NCBI GenBank assembly: GCA_041615815.1
Contig: JBFJCP010000005.1
Span: 64,001 to 128,000 of the forward strand
Reading direction: 5' to 3'
Origin: Gemmatimonadales bacterium
Lineage (GTDB): Bacteria > Gemmatimonadota > Gemmatimonadetes > Gemmatimonadales > GWC2-71-9
DNA: 64,000 nucleotides
This document shows positions 1 through 10,067 of the stretch, one piece after another; within the stretch, counting starts at the first letter, position 1, and each line of letters starts with the position of its first letter. The translations under genes were made by a program, and so were the position numbers. The notes below the pieces were generated by a model that searched no databases, had not been told where the DNA came from, and saw nothing but the letters and a program-made list of their open reading frames with translations.

Positions 1-2
1 CC

Positions 3-695
3 GACGCGGTGGATGCCACCGGGGCGAACACGTCAGTCATCTATGTGCCTGCGCGGTTTGCGGTCGACGCCATCTATGAGGCGGCGGACGTTGGGATCCG
101 GGTCATCGTGTGCATCACCGAGGGCGTCCCCGTCCTCGACATGACGCGGGTCATGCCATACCTGCGAGAGCGCAGCGCGCGACTCGTTGGTCCCAACTGT
201 CCCGGGCTCATCGCCCCAGGGAAGTCCAAGGTGGGCATCATTCCAGGGCAGATTTGTCGAGAGGGTCGAATCGGGGTGGTCTCCCGGAGTGGGACCCTCA
301 CGTACGAGATCATCCACCAGCTTTCGCGCGCAGCGTTCGGGCAGTCGACGTGCGTTGGCATCGGCGGCGATCCGATCATCGGAACGAACTTCGTGGATTG
401 CCTGGCAGCGTTCGAGGCGGATGCGGAGACGCAGGGCGTCGTGATGATTGGTGAGATTGGCGGTACTGACGAACAGGAAGCGGCGCGGTACGTGGCGGAG
501 CACATGCAGAAACCGGTGGTGGGATTCATTGCCGGACAGACGGCCCCGCCCGGCAGGCGTATGGGGCACGCGGGAGCCATCATCTCGGGCTCGTCAGGCA
601 CGGCTGCGGAGAAGATGGCCGCGTTCGAGTCTGCTGGCATCAGCGTGATGAAACGCCCGGCCGACGTCGTGCCGTTGATGCGGGAACGTCTTTAA
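3..695 (+). CDS. sucD: Succinyl-CoA synthetase alpha subunit (5' truncated by window edge)
   Basis: [26 protein letters not shown] and RMGHAGA (phospho-His) motifs; frame open to window start. Confidence 0.97.
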   Translation, partial: DAVDATGANTSVIYVPARFAVDAIYEAADVGIRVIVCITEGVPVLDMTRVMPYLRERSARLVGPNCPGLIAPGKSKVGIIPGQICREGRIGVVSRSGTLTYEIIHQLSRAAFGQSTCVGIGGDPIIGTNFVDCLAAFEADAETQGVVMIGEIGGTDEQEAARYVAEHMQKPVVGFIAGQTAPPGRRMGHAGAIISGSSGTAAEKMAAFESAGISVMKRPADVVPLMRERL

Positions 696-701
696 GCGCA
701 G

Positions 702-1604
702 ATGAAGCTCATCGAGTTGCTCACACCGGAGCGGGTCCTCGTCCCACTCGTCGCGGACCGGCTCGACGACGCTGCCCGCCAGCTCGTTGAGGCGATCGTC
801 GCCTCCGGGGCCACCGTTGACGCCGCAAAGCTCCAGGAGCTCATCGCGGCAGAAGTACCCAGTCAGGTCGTGAGTTTGGGCGATGCCTTCTTACTGCACC
901 TGAGGACGGATGCCGTGCCGCAACTCGTGGCGGCGCTCGGGGTCACCACGGAACCCATCCAGCGGGATGAGGAGGCCGGAAGCAAGGCGGCGCGAGTGAT
1001 TCTGGTTGTCGTGGGTCCACCCAAAGAAGCCTCATCGTATCTGCAAACCCTCAGTGCCTTCTCGCGCGTGTTGAGCCAACCGGAAGTCGCGGACGCCATC
1101 CTCGCTGCCAAGACCCCGGCCGACGTGCTGGATGTTGCCTCGCTCTCGGACATCGAGCTCCGCGGATACCTCACGGTTCGAGACGTCATGGTGCCTCGAA
1201 TGCTGTCGGTCCGGCCGGATACCACCCTTGGAGAGGCTTCGCGCGTGATGGTGGCGCACCGGGTTTCGGCCGTGCCGGTGGTCTCGGATTCCAATGAGCT
1301 GCTCGGCATGGTGACCCACCGCGAAGTGCTGCGGTACTTGCTGCCGGTGTTCGTTAAGCGGATGAGTGGTCCCGCGGCCACGGCGCCGGATGGGTCGGGC
1401 GAGGCCAGGGGCGATCCCCACGATCTCCCGGTTCGGGAGGTGATGGACCGGAGCGTGCTTTCGGTCTCCGAGGAGCAGACCCTCGCTGAGGTCGCGACCC
1501 TGATGGTGAACAAAGACCTGGAACGCTTTCCCGTGGTACGGGAAGGAACTCTGATCGGGTTTCTGACCCGTGAGGACGTGGTCCGTCGAATCTTTGGCCG
1601 CTAG
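702..1604 (+). CDS. PTS EIIA-like (Ntr/Fru type) domain fused to a CBS domain pair
   Basis: N-term resembles EIIA (LIELLTPERV...AFLLHLRTD...YLQTLSAFSRVL); C-term has two CBS repeats (TVRDVM...AVPVV...LLGMVT; VREVM...FPVV...GFLTREDV). Confidence 0.8.
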   Translation: MKLIELLTPERVLVPLVADRLDDAARQLVEAIVASGATVDAAKLQELIAAEVPSQVVSLGDAFLLHLRTDAVPQLVAALGVTTEPIQRDEEAGSKAARVILVVVGPPKEASSYLQTLSAFSRVLSQPEVADAILAAKTPADVLDVASLSDIELRGYLTVRDVMVPRMLSVRPDTTLGEASRVMVAHRVSAVPVVSDSNELLGMVTHREVLRYLLPVFVKRMSGPAATAPDGSGEARGDPHDLPVREVMDRSVLSVSEEQTLAEVATLMVNKDLERFPVVREGTLIGFLTREDVVRRIFGR

Positions 1605-1618
1605 GAGGCCTAGTCATC

Positions 1619-2068
1619 ATGGCGCAGGCCGTTCAACACACGCTGGCAATCATCAAGCCGGACGCCGTGGCCTCCGGCAAGGCGGGAAAGATCCTCGAAC
1701 ATCTCGAGTCGGCGGGCTTCGTGGTTCGGGCGGCGAGACTGGTTCGCCTATCAATGGCCGAGGCCGAAGCATTCTATGCCGTGCACCGCGAGCGGCCGTT
1801 CTTCGGTTCGCTCGTGAAGTTCATGACCTCTGGGCCCTGCCTCCCCATCGTCGTGGAACGCGCCAACGCCGTGCCGCACTTGCGAACCGTGGTGGGCGCG
1901 ACCGATCCGGCGGAAGCGGATTCCGGAACTGTTCGCCACCGCTACGGCGAATCGAAAGAGCGCAATGCGATCCACGCATCGGATTCTCCGGAGAACGGGG
2001 AGAAGGAGATCGCGTTCTTTTTTGCCGCCAGCGAGCTCCAGCGGCTGTGGGGAGCGCTCGCTCGTTGA
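1619..2068 (+). CDS. ndk: Nucleoside diphosphate kinase
   Basis: IIKPDAV, HRERPFF, GATDP, RNAIHASDS; AGGAGG RBS upstream. Confidence 0.98.
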   Translation: MAQAVQHTLAIIKPDAVASGKAGKILEHLESAGFVVRAARLVRLSMAEAEAFYAVHRERPFFGSLVKFMTSGPCLPIVVERANAVPHLRTVVGATDPAEADSGTVRHRYGESKERNAIHASDSPENGEKEIAFFFAASELQRLWGALAR

Positions 2069-2093
2069 CGCAAGTTAGTGTGCTAGTTAGCTT
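2065..2093 (+). promoter_or_regulatory. sigma70-type promoter for yceD-rpmF-plsX-fab operon (near-leaderless)
   Basis: TTGACG(2065-2070)-N17-TAGCTT(2088-2093), 8 nt before ATG 2102, no SD. Confidence 0.65.
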
Positions 2094-2101
2094 TACAGGC
2101 T

Positions 2102-2602
2102 ATGTTCACGATAGACCTCGCTGGTGTGGGCAGCGGCCCGGTTACGACCGACGTCGAGATCCCGGCCGATCATGCGGTTCTCCAGGATCTGGCTGTTCGC
2201 TTCGCCGGTCCCGTGCGTGTTACCGGGCGACTCACCGAGTCGGGACCCGGACGCTATTACTGGCAGGCCGAGGTTGCGGGGTTCGTGCATGCGACGTGTC
2301 GTCGCTGCTTGACGCCGGTGGATGTGCCGTTGCAGGCGCCGGTCAACGTTTTGTTTTGTGAAGACCCCGGTGCGGATGACGCTTCCATCTACGTCATCCC
2401 GGCCCAGAGTCGAGAGCTCGATCTCAGCGAGGCCATCCGGGAAGAGCTCCTGCTCGCGCTTCCGGAATACGTCCTCTGTCGCGACGACTGTCGGGGATTG
2501 TGCGCGGGCTGTGGCAACGATTTGAACACGGGAGCCTGCACCTGCGAGCCGGACACCGACCCGCGGTGGTCGGTGTTATCCTCGCTCAAGCGGCCCCAAT
2601 GA
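2102..2602 (+). CDS. yceD: YceD/DUF177 family protein
   Basis: CRRCL and LCRDDCRGLCAGCG...DPRW motifs; directly upstream of rpmF. Confidence 0.92.
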   Translation: MFTIDLAGVGSGPVTTDVEIPADHAVLQDLAVRFAGPVRVTGRLTESGPGRYYWQAEVAGFVHATCRRCLTPVDVPLQAPVNVLFCEDPGADDASIYVIPAQSRELDLSEAIREELLLALPEYVLCRDDCRGLCAGCGNDLNTGACTCEPDTDPRWSVLSSLKRPQ

Positions 2603-2622
2603 TACGAGAAAGGTAGATCGTC

Positions 2623-2805
2623 ATGGCTGTTCCCAAGCGCAGGACATCCAAGAGCCGGAAGCGGAAGCGCCGCACGCACGACAAGGCTGCCATCCCCGCC
2701 GTCCAACCGTGTCCGCGATGTGGCGATCCCCGCCGACCGCACCGGGTGTGTCCCAGTTGCGGCTACTATGGGGGAGAGCAGCGGGTCACCGTCGAGGACG
2801 TCTAA
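2623..2805 (+). CDS. rpmF: 50S ribosomal protein L32 (Zn-ribbon type)
   Basis: [35 protein letters not shown]. Confidence 0.98.
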   Translation: MAVPKRRTSKSRKRKRRTHDKAAIPAVQPCPRCGDPRRPHRVCPSCGYYGGEQRVTVEDV

Positions 2806-2808
2806 TCC

Positions 2809-3801
2809 ATGCCCCGTATCGCACTGGACGCCATGGGAGGGGACCGAGTCCCACAGACGCCCGTGGCGGGTGCGGTAGACGCGCTTCGCGAACTTCCGGC
2901 ATCGACGGAGATTCTCTTGGTCGGCCAGCGCGATCGCATCGAGGCCGCCTTGGCCACGCAGGAGGGGCCCCGGGACCGCGTGACGATCGTGGACGCGCCG
3001 GAGCAAATCGGGATGAGCGAACAACCCCTGGCCGCGCTGCGCGGGAAGCCGCGCTCCTCGATCCGGATAGGGCTGGAGCTCCAGAAGAAGGGTGAGGCCG
3101 ACGCGTTCATCTCCGCCGGGAACACCGGCGCGATCATGGCTGCCAGCCTCCTGCTCCTCGGACTCCATCCAGGGGTCGAGCGTCCGGCCATCGCCACACT
3201 CTTTCCCACCGGTGCCAAGCCGGTCCTGGTGCTGGACAGTGGGGCGAATATCGATTGCTCGCCCAAGGAACTGTGCGGCTTCGCCCATCTCGGCTCGGTC
3301 TATGCGCGAGACGTACTCGGACGGGCGGCTCCGATCGTGGGACTTCTCAACATCGGGGAGGAACCCGAGAAGGGAAACGCCGCGGTCCGCGAGGCGTACG
3401 CGCTTCTCCGCGACGATCCCGGCCTTCGCTTCGCCGGCAACGTCGAGGGGCGTGACATCCTCAAGGGTGCCTGTGACGTCGTCGTGTGCGACGGTTTCGT
3501 CGGCAACGTCGTGCTCAAGTTCTACGAATCCGTGGCGGATGTTTTTCGCGACTTCTTGCGCCGGGAAATGGACCCGATCGTTCTGAAGAGCTCTGCGATG
3601 CAGCGCGTGTTCCGCGTACTCGATTACGCTGAGTACGGTGGGGCACCGCTGCTGGGTGTGCAAGGTGTATCCATCATTTGCCACGGTGCGTCACCACCGC
3701 AGGCCATCAAGAACGCGATCCGTGTCGCGCTACAGGCGGTCGAAAGCGACGTCAGTCGCCATATCGGCGCGGAACTCGCCAGCGACGGAGCCGCCGCATG
3801 A
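2809..3801 (+). CDS. plsX: Phosphate acyltransferase PlsX
   Basis: IALDAMGGD, SAGNTGA, LLNIGEE..KG, VCDGFVGNV. Confidence 0.97.
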   Translation: MPRIALDAMGGDRVPQTPVAGAVDALRELPASTEILLVGQRDRIEAALATQEGPRDRVTIVDAPEQIGMSEQPLAALRGKPRSSIRIGLELQKKGEADAFISAGNTGAIMAASLLLLGLHPGVERPAIATLFPTGAKPVLVLDSGANIDCSPKELCGFAHLGSVYARDVLGRAAPIVGLLNIGEEPEKGNAAVREAYALLRDDPGLRFAGNVEGRDILKGACDVVVCDGFVGNVVLKFYESVADVFRDFLRREMDPIVLKSSAMQRVFRVLDYAEYGGAPLLGVQGVSIICHGASPPQAIKNAIRVALQAVESDVSRHIGAELASDGAAA

Positions 3802-4787
3802 AACGACCTCTTGCCGAGCTCGCGGCCACTGGACGGTACGTGCCGTCCAAGGTGCTCACCAACGCGGATTTCGAGCGAATGGTGGATACGTCCGACGAAT
3901 GGATTCGCGAACGCACTGGGATAAGCGAGCGTCGGATCTCAGAGCCCCACGAGACCGTTGCGTACATGGCCAAGATGGCGTGCGAGCAGGCGCTCGAGGC
4001 GGCCGACGTCGCCGTGGACGATGTCGACACGATCATCTTGGCCACCGCATCCCCCGACCGGTTCTTGCCAGCCACGGCCTGCGATGTGCAGGCGGAGCTG
4101 GGGGCGACGAACGCTGCGGCGTTCGATCTCGGTGCGGCCTGCAGCGGTTTCTTGTACGGGCTCACGGTGGCGGAGGGGATGATCAGTACGGGCGCGACCG
4201 AGAACGCACTCGTGATCGGCGGGGAACGGATGTCGACGATCGTCGATTACACCGATCGGGCCACCGCCGTCCTCTTTGGCGATGGTGCGGGAGCCGCACT
4301 CGTCCGCCCGGTGCGTAACGGCGCCCGAGGCATTCTCTCCAGCTACATGAAATCCGATGGCAAGCTCGGAGATCTCTTGTATCGTCCCGGGGGAGGCGGA
4401 AACCATCCGCCGGATCCCACCCTCATCGACGACCGGGGGTATTTCGTCAAGATGGCCGGGCGCGAGGTCTTCAAATCGGCGGTCCGATCGATGGCGGATG
4501 CCTGTGATCGTGCCCTCGAGCGAGCCGGTGTGTCCGGAGAGGACATCGACATTCTGATTCCGCATCAGGCCAACATTCGGATCATCGAGGCTACGGCCAA
4601 GCATGCGGCGATCCCGATGGACAAGGTGTACGTGAATGTGGATCGGTATGGAAACACGTCGGCGGCGTCCATCCCCATCGCCCTCGATGAATGTGTGCGT
4701 TGCGGCCTGATCCAGGCCGGTGCCCTCGTGCTGCTCTGTGCGTTCGGGGGTGGATTCACGTGGGCCAGCGTCGTGCTCCGGTGGTAA
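3798..4787 (+). CDS. fabH: Beta-ketoacyl-ACP synthase III
   Basis: AACSGF, LFGDGAGA, PHQAN, YGNTSAAS triad; ATG overlaps plsX stop (ATGA). Confidence 0.97.
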   Translation: MKRPLAELAATGRYVPSKVLTNADFERMVDTSDEWIRERTGISERRISEPHETVAYMAKMACEQALEAADVAVDDVDTIILATASPDRFLPATACDVQAELGATNAAAFDLGAACSGFLYGLTVAEGMISTGATENALVIGGERMSTIVDYTDRATAVLFGDGAGAALVRPVRNGARGILSSYMKSDGKLGDLLYRPGGGGNHPPDPTLIDDRGYFVKMAGREVFKSAVRSMADACDRALERAGVSGEDIDILIPHQANIRIIEATAKHAAIPMDKVYVNVDRYGNTSAASIPIALDECVRCGLIQAGALVLLCAFGGGFTWASVVLRW

Positions 4788-5719
4788 AGGCAGTTCTCCT
4801 CTGCCCCGGTCAGGGGTCTCAACGGGTGGGGATGGGGAAGGATCTCGCCGAACGATTCTCCGCTGCCCGAGACACCTTTGCCGCGGCCGACGAGGCGCTC
4901 GGGATGTCGCTGTCGCGGCTCGCCTGGGAGGGTCCCGAAGAGGAACTGACCCTCACGCACAACGCGCAGCCAGCGATTCTCGTGCACAGTCTGGCGGTCT
5001 TCGCGGTCGTCACCGCCGCGGTCGAGCCTCAGCTGGCGGCGGGGCATTCACTGGGGGAGTACACCGCGTACGCTGCGGCGGATGCCCTCGCGTGGGCCGA
5101 TGCCGCGCGACTGGTGCGGCGTCGGGGCGAGCTCATGTTGGATGCAGGCAAACAGCGTCCGGGGACCATGGCAGCCGTGATTGGATTGGACCCGCAGGAG
5201 GTGGTGGCGGCGTGCGAGGCGCAGAGTGGGGAGGGACGAGTGGTGGTAGCGGCGAACTTCAACGCGCCAGATCAAACGGTGATCTCGGGAGATCCCGCCG
5301 CGGTCACGCAGGCGAGCGAGCAGCTGCAAGCAGCCGGGGCAAGACGGGTCCTGCCACTCAAGGTGAGTGGCGCATTTCATTCGCCGCTCATGATGCCGGC
5401 GCAGATGGGACTGCGTCACGAGCTGGACCAGGTGGAGCTCCGCGAGCCAACGTGTCCGGTGATCGCCAACGCCACGGGCGAACCGGTGACCACCAGTGCC
5501 GATGCCCGGCGACTGCTGAACGAGCAGTTGACGTCGCCCGTGCGGTGGGTCTCGTCGATGGAACACGCTGCGGCTGCGGCCGATGACGATGTCCTGTTCG
5601 TCGAGATCGGTCCCGGGACGGTTTTGGCAGGATTGCTCAAACGCATCGTTCAGGGATCGCAGGCCATCAGTTTGGCCAGCGCCGAGCACGTGGAGGGGTT
5701 CTTGGAGCAGCACGGATGA
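4781..5719 (+). CDS. fabD: Malonyl-CoA:ACP transacylase
   Basis: PGQGSQ, GHSLGEY, AFHS; GTG start inferred at 4781. Confidence 0.96.
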   Translation: MVKAVLLCPGQGSQRVGMGKDLAERFSAARDTFAAADEALGMSLSRLAWEGPEEELTLTHNAQPAILVHSLAVFAVVTAAVEPQLAAGHSLGEYTAYAAADALAWADAARLVRRRGELMLDAGKQRPGTMAAVIGLDPQEVVAACEAQSGEGRVVVAANFNAPDQTVISGDPAAVTQASEQLQAAGARRVLPLKVSGAFHSPLMMPAQMGLRHELDQVELREPTCPVIANATGEPVTTSADARRLLNEQLTSPVRWVSSMEHAAAAADDDVLFVEIGPGTVLAGLLKRIVQGSQAISLASAEHVEGFLEQHG

Positions 5720-6456
5720 TCGACCTGCGAGGCCGAGTTGCCGTCGTCACGGGAGGGTCACGCGGCATCGGTTTGGCCATCGCCGAGCGACTGGCGACGC
5801 ATGGCGCTCACGTCGCGCTGTTTGGTCGAGATGAAGCGCGAGCGCGTTCGGCGGCTGAGGGGCTCGGCGGTGAGGGCCGGGGGATGGGAATTGCGGCTGA
5901 CGTCGGCGATCCCGCGCAAGCCGAAGCTGCGACGGCGACGGTGGAGCGCGAACTCGGACCGGTCGACATCTTGGTGAACAATGCTGGCGTGACGCGTGAC
6001 GGTGTGCTGGTCAGGATGAGCCACGAGGACTGGGACACCGTGCTGGACGTCAACCTCCGGGGCGCGTTCACGCTGATGAAGTTGGTGACACGGGGGATGA
6101 TGAAGCGGCGGTGGGGACGAATTGTCAACGTCACGAGCGTCGTGGGTCTCACCGGCAATCGTGGGCAAGCCAATTACGCAGCCTCCAAAGCCGGGCTCAT
6201 CGGCCTCACCAAGGCGGCGGCGAAGGAATTGGCGACGCGCAACATCCTCGTCAACGCCGTTGCACCCGGATTCATCGACACGGACATGACTCGCGATCTG
6301 CCCGATGAAGCCAAGCAAGCGTTGCTACAACAAATTCCCTTGGGACGGCTCGGCACGGCAGCGGAAGTCGCCGGTGTCGTACTCTTCCTTGCGTCGGACC
6401 TGGCGAACTACATTACAGGCCAAGTGCTGGTAGTCGATGGTGGAATGGTCACCTGA
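5716..6456 (+). CDS. fabG: 3-oxoacyl-ACP reductase
   Basis: [22 protein letters not shown], in fab operon. Confidence 0.96.
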   Translation: MIDLRGRVAVVTGGSRGIGLAIAERLATHGAHVALFGRDEARARSAAEGLGGEGRGMGIAADVGDPAQAEAATATVERELGPVDILVNNAGVTRDGVLVRMSHEDWDTVLDVNLRGAFTLMKLVTRGMMKRRWGRIVNVTSVVGLTGNRGQANYAASKAGLIGLTKAAAKELATRNILVNAVAPGFIDTDMTRDLPDEAKQALLQQIPLGRLGTAAEVAGVVLFLASDLANYITGQVLVVDGGMVT

Positions 6457-6482
6457 ACAAACCTGTGAGAGGCAGGGGTGAA

Positions 6483-6731
6483 ATGACCGACATGGCGCAA
6501 TTGCAGGAGAAGGTCAGAGACATCATCGTCGAGGAATTGGGTGTCGAGCGAGACAAGCTCTCCGACGGTGCAAGTTTCATGGAGGATCTTGGCGCCGACA
6601 GCCTCGATACCGTCGAGCTCGTGATGGCGTTCGAAAAAGAATTCGACATCGATATCCCGGACGAGGAGGCCGAACAGCTTCGTACCGTTGGTGATGCCAT
6701 GAAGTACCTCCACGAGAAGCTGGGGAAATAG
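6483..6731 (+). CDS. acpP: Acyl carrier protein
   Basis: [14 protein letters not shown]; start 6483 or 6492. Confidence 0.97.
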   Translation: MTDMAQLQEKVRDIIVEELGVERDKLSDGASFMEDLGADSLDTVELVMAFEKEFDIDIPDEEAEQLRTVGDAMKYLHEKLGK

Positions 6732-6735
6732 TCCG

Positions 6736-7977
6736 TTGGCACGGCGCGTCGTCGTCACCGGGTTGGGGATCCTCTCTCCGCTCGGCAAGTCGACAGCAGA
6801 ATCGTGGCAGGGGCTGATTGCGGGACGGTCCGGAGCCGGTCCCATCGAACGGTTCGATCCGTCCAACCTCGATGTGCGGTTCGGGTGCGAGGTCGAGAAC
6901 TTCGATCCGTTGGAATTCATGGATCGGAAAGAGGCAAAGCGGTGCGACCTGTACGCGCAGTACGGCATCGCGGCGGCGGAGCAGGCCATGCAGGATGCCT
7001 GCTTCAATGGAAGGCGACCGGCCGACGATCGGATCGGCGTCATCGTGGGAAGTGGCATCGGCGGGATCTGGACGTTCGAGGAGCAATGCAAGCTCTACCT
7101 CGAGAAGGGACCCAACCGCGTTTCGCCATTCTTCGTTCCCATGTTCATCCCCGACATGGCGTCCGGTTTGATTTCTATCCGGCTGAGCGCCCGAGGGCCG
7201 AACTACTGCACCGTCTCGGCCTGCGCTTCGTCGGCGCATGCCATCGGTGAGTCGTTTCGGCTGATCCAAAACGGGACGGCCGATGTGATGGTGACCGGGG
7301 GGGCCGAAGCGGCCATCACGCCCTTGTCGATTGCCGGGTTTTCCAATATGAAAGCCCTCTCGACTCGCAATGACGACCCCCAGCGAGCGTCCCGTCCATT
7401 CGATCGCGACCGGGACGGGTTTGTCATGGGCGACGGCTCGGGGATTGTGGTGTTGGAGGAACTCGAACATGCGTTGGATCGGGGGGCACGAATCTACGCC
7501 GAGGTCATCGGGTACGGCATGAGCGCCGATGCCCATCACATGACTCAACCTGCCCCCGGTGGTGCAGGGGCCAAGCTCGCGATGCGTGCGTGTTTACGTG
7601 ATGCACGGCTCGAACCCGCGGACGTCGACTATATCAACCCTCACGGCACCTCCACGCCCCATGGCGACGTGGCCGAGATCAACGCCGTCAAGGATGTCCT
7701 CGGTGACCACGCGTCCCAGCTGGTGATCAGCTCAACCAAGTCGATGACGGGGCACCTGCTCGGCGCCGCGGGGGGCCTGGAGTTCGGTGTGTGTGTGCTT
7801 GCGATTCAACAGGGCATCATTCCGCCCACCATCAACGTCGAGCATCAAGATCCCGAATGCGATCTCAATGTGGCGCCCAACCAAGCGGTGCACCGCGACG
7901 TACGTGTCGCGTTGTCCAACTCTTTCGGATTCGGTGGCCATAACGTCACGCTCGCCGTCCGTCGTTACCAATCCTGA
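6736..7977 (+). CDS. fabF: Beta-ketoacyl-ACP synthase II
   Basis: SACAS, HGTST, KSMTGH, SNSFGFGG; TTG start. Confidence 0.97.
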   Translation: MARRVVVTGLGILSPLGKSTAESWQGLIAGRSGAGPIERFDPSNLDVRFGCEVENFDPLEFMDRKEAKRCDLYAQYGIAAAEQAMQDACFNGRRPADDRIGVIVGSGIGGIWTFEEQCKLYLEKGPNRVSPFFVPMFIPDMASGLISIRLSARGPNYCTVSACASSAHAIGESFRLIQNGTADVMVTGGAEAAITPLSIAGFSNMKALSTRNDDPQRASRPFDRDRDGFVMGDGSGIVVLEELEHALDRGARIYAEVIGYGMSADAHHMTQPAPGGAGAKLAMRACLRDARLEPADVDYINPHGTSTPHGDVAEINAVKDVLGDHASQLVISSTKSMTGHLLGAAGGLEFGVCVLAIQQGIIPPTINVEHQDPECDLNVAPNQAVHRDVRVALSNSFGFGGHNVTLAVRRYQS

Positions 7978-9188
7978 TGCCCAGCGCGCCGATGGAAGAT
8001 CCGGGCCTCGGTGCCATCGCCGAGAAGGTGAACGCCGGGGAGCGTTTGACGCCGGATGACGCCCTCCGGCTCTTCGAGAGTGACGATCTCTTGGGCCTCG
8101 GCGCCCTGGCGGACGCCGCAAATCGCCGGACCAACGGGGATCGGGTCTTCTTTTCCGCCAATCAGCATCTCAATCCCACGAACGTTTGCGTGCTTCGAAA
8201 AACGTGCGTGTTCTGCTCCTTTGCGAGAATGCCGAAGGAAGAAGGAGCGTATACGCGGTCCCTGGAGGAGGTCTTTGCAGAGGCGGAGGCGGCACGCTAC
8301 AATCCGACGCGCGAATTTCACATTGTTGGGGGCCTGCATCCCAAGCTGCGCCTTTCCTATTACACCGACTTGATTCGAGGACTCAAGGAGCGACATCCCG
8401 ACGTCCACATCAAGGCGCTGACGGCGGTCGAGATCGCCCATCTCGCCCATGTGGAGCGGACCGCGACCGTCGACGTGCTGCAAGCCCTGCAGGCGGCGGG
8501 ACTAGACACGCTGCCCGGTGGCGGTGCGGAGGTCTTCGGTCCGGCCGTTCGGGACACCATCGCCGATCGGAAGCTCGACGCCGAGGACTGGCTTCGCGTC
8601 CATCGCGAAGCCCACGCACTTGGGATCGCTACCAACTGCACCATGCTCTACGGTCACGTCGAAACGCTGGCGGATCGGGTCGAGCATCTCTCACAGCTGC
8701 GTGACTTACAGGACGAGACCGGGGGATTTCTCACGTACATCCCACTGGCCTACCATCCGGATCACAACGAGTTGGGGGCGGAGCTCGGTCGGGAGGGAAC
8801 CGCCACGACGGGTTTCGAGGATCTGAAGAACATTGCCGTCGGTCGGATGTTTCTCGACAACATCCCGCATGTGAAGACCCACTGGCCCATGGTCACGCCG
8901 TTCATCTCGCAGATCGCCCTGGCGTTCGGGTGCGATGACGTCGAGGGCACGGTGGTGTATGAGCGCGTGTACCACGACGCCGGCGCACGAACCCCAATGA
9001 TGCTGTCCTATGGTGATATCGTTCGGATGATCCGTGGTGCCGGCCGGGAGCCGGTGGAGCGCGATTCGCTGTATCGTACCGTGAGGACCTTTGCACCGGA
9101 CGACCCGATTTTTGATCCCATGAGCGAGGACGGTGCCGTCGCAACCTCTCCAGCATTGGTGGAGCTGGTCGGGACGGGGCGGGCGTAA
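7977..9188 (+). CDS. mqnE: Aminofutalosine synthase (radical SAM, CofH/MqnE family)
   Basis: NPTNVC...CVFC, HIVGGLHP, LPGGGAEVF, TMLYGHVE; adjacent to mqnA and mqnC. Confidence 0.88.
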   Translation: MPSAPMEDPGLGAIAEKVNAGERLTPDDALRLFESDDLLGLGALADAANRRTNGDRVFFSANQHLNPTNVCVLRKTCVFCSFARMPKEEGAYTRSLEEVFAEAEAARYNPTREFHIVGGLHPKLRLSYYTDLIRGLKERHPDVHIKALTAVEIAHLAHVERTATVDVLQALQAAGLDTLPGGGAEVFGPAVRDTIADRKLDAEDWLRVHREAHALGIATNCTMLYGHVETLADRVEHLSQLRDLQDETGGFLTYIPLAYHPDHNELGAELGREGTATTGFEDLKNIAVGRMFLDNIPHVKTHWPMVTPFISQIALAFGCDDVEGTVVYERVYHDAGARTPMMLSYGDIVRMIRGAGREPVERDSLYRTVRTFAPDDPIFDPMSEDGAVATSPALVELVGTGRA

Positions 9189-9193
9189 GGCCG

Positions 9194-10057
9194 ATGGCTC
9201 GAGACCCTCTTCCGACGGATCGCCACCACGCGCGGATGCGGGTCGGCCGCATCGGCTATGTGAACTGCTATCCGGTCTACGGTGCCATCGACCGACGGAT
9301 CGTGACCGTCGATGCGGACCTGGTAACGGGAACGCCTTCCGAACTGAACGGTCTTCTTGCAGCCGGCGAGCTCGAGGCTTCCGTCGTCTCGGCTGTCGAG
9401 TATGCGCGCAATGCCGGTGCTTACCACCTTCTGCCTGACCTGGCGATCTCGTGTGATGGTCCGGTCCGCAGCGTCGCGTTGTTTTCGCGCTGCGCAGCAC
9501 CGGAGCTCGACGCCGCTACCGTGCTGGTGTCCGAATCGTCGCGCACGTCCGTGTACCTCCTCGAGCTGCTCTGTCACGATGTGTGGAAGGTCCGGCCGAC
9601 CTTCGTGGACGCCCGCGCCGAAGCGGCGGACATCGACGGGCTGGCGGCCCTGCCGCACCAGGCAGTGCTGGTGATCGGCGACGCGGCGCTCCTCTTAGCC
9701 ACCCGTGGCCAGTATCCCTATCGCTATGATCTCGGCGAGGTCTGGAAGACGTGGACCGGCCTGCCGTTCGTGTTTGCGGTGTGGGCGGCCCGGCGTGAGG
9801 CAGACCAGGGCCACGTGCGCGACGTCCACCGCGGACTGTGTGACGCACGCGACTGGGGACTAGATCACCTCGACCTCCTGGCGGACCAGGCGGCGGATGC
9901 CACGGGGATCGATCGCGACGAGTGCCGCACCTACCTCAGTGGATTGGATTACGCGCTCAGCTATCGACACCTGGAAGGCCTGACGAGCTTTTTCCGGCGG
10001 CTGGCCCAACACGGCAGGGTGCGGGAAGGGTCACTGGCATTCTTGTCGGTGGCGTAG
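9194..10057 (+). CDS. mqnA: Chorismate dehydratase (futalosine pathway)
   Basis: GRIGYVNCYP, SRTSV, LVIGDAAL, DLGEVW...TGLPFVFAVW; start 9194 or 9236. Confidence 0.92.
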   Translation: MARDPLPTDRHHARMRVGRIGYVNCYPVYGAIDRRIVTVDADLVTGTPSELNGLLAAGELEASVVSAVEYARNAGAYHLLPDLAISCDGPVRSVALFSRCAAPELDAATVLVSESSRTSVYLLELLCHDVWKVRPTFVDARAEAADIDGLAALPHQAVLVIGDAALLLATRGQYPYRYDLGEVWKTWTGLPFVFAVWAARREADQGHVRDVHRGLCDARDWGLDHLDLLADQAADATGIDRDECRTYLSGLDYALSYRHLEGLTSFFRRLAQHGRVREGSLAFLSVA

Positions 10058-10067
10058 GAAGGAGCCA

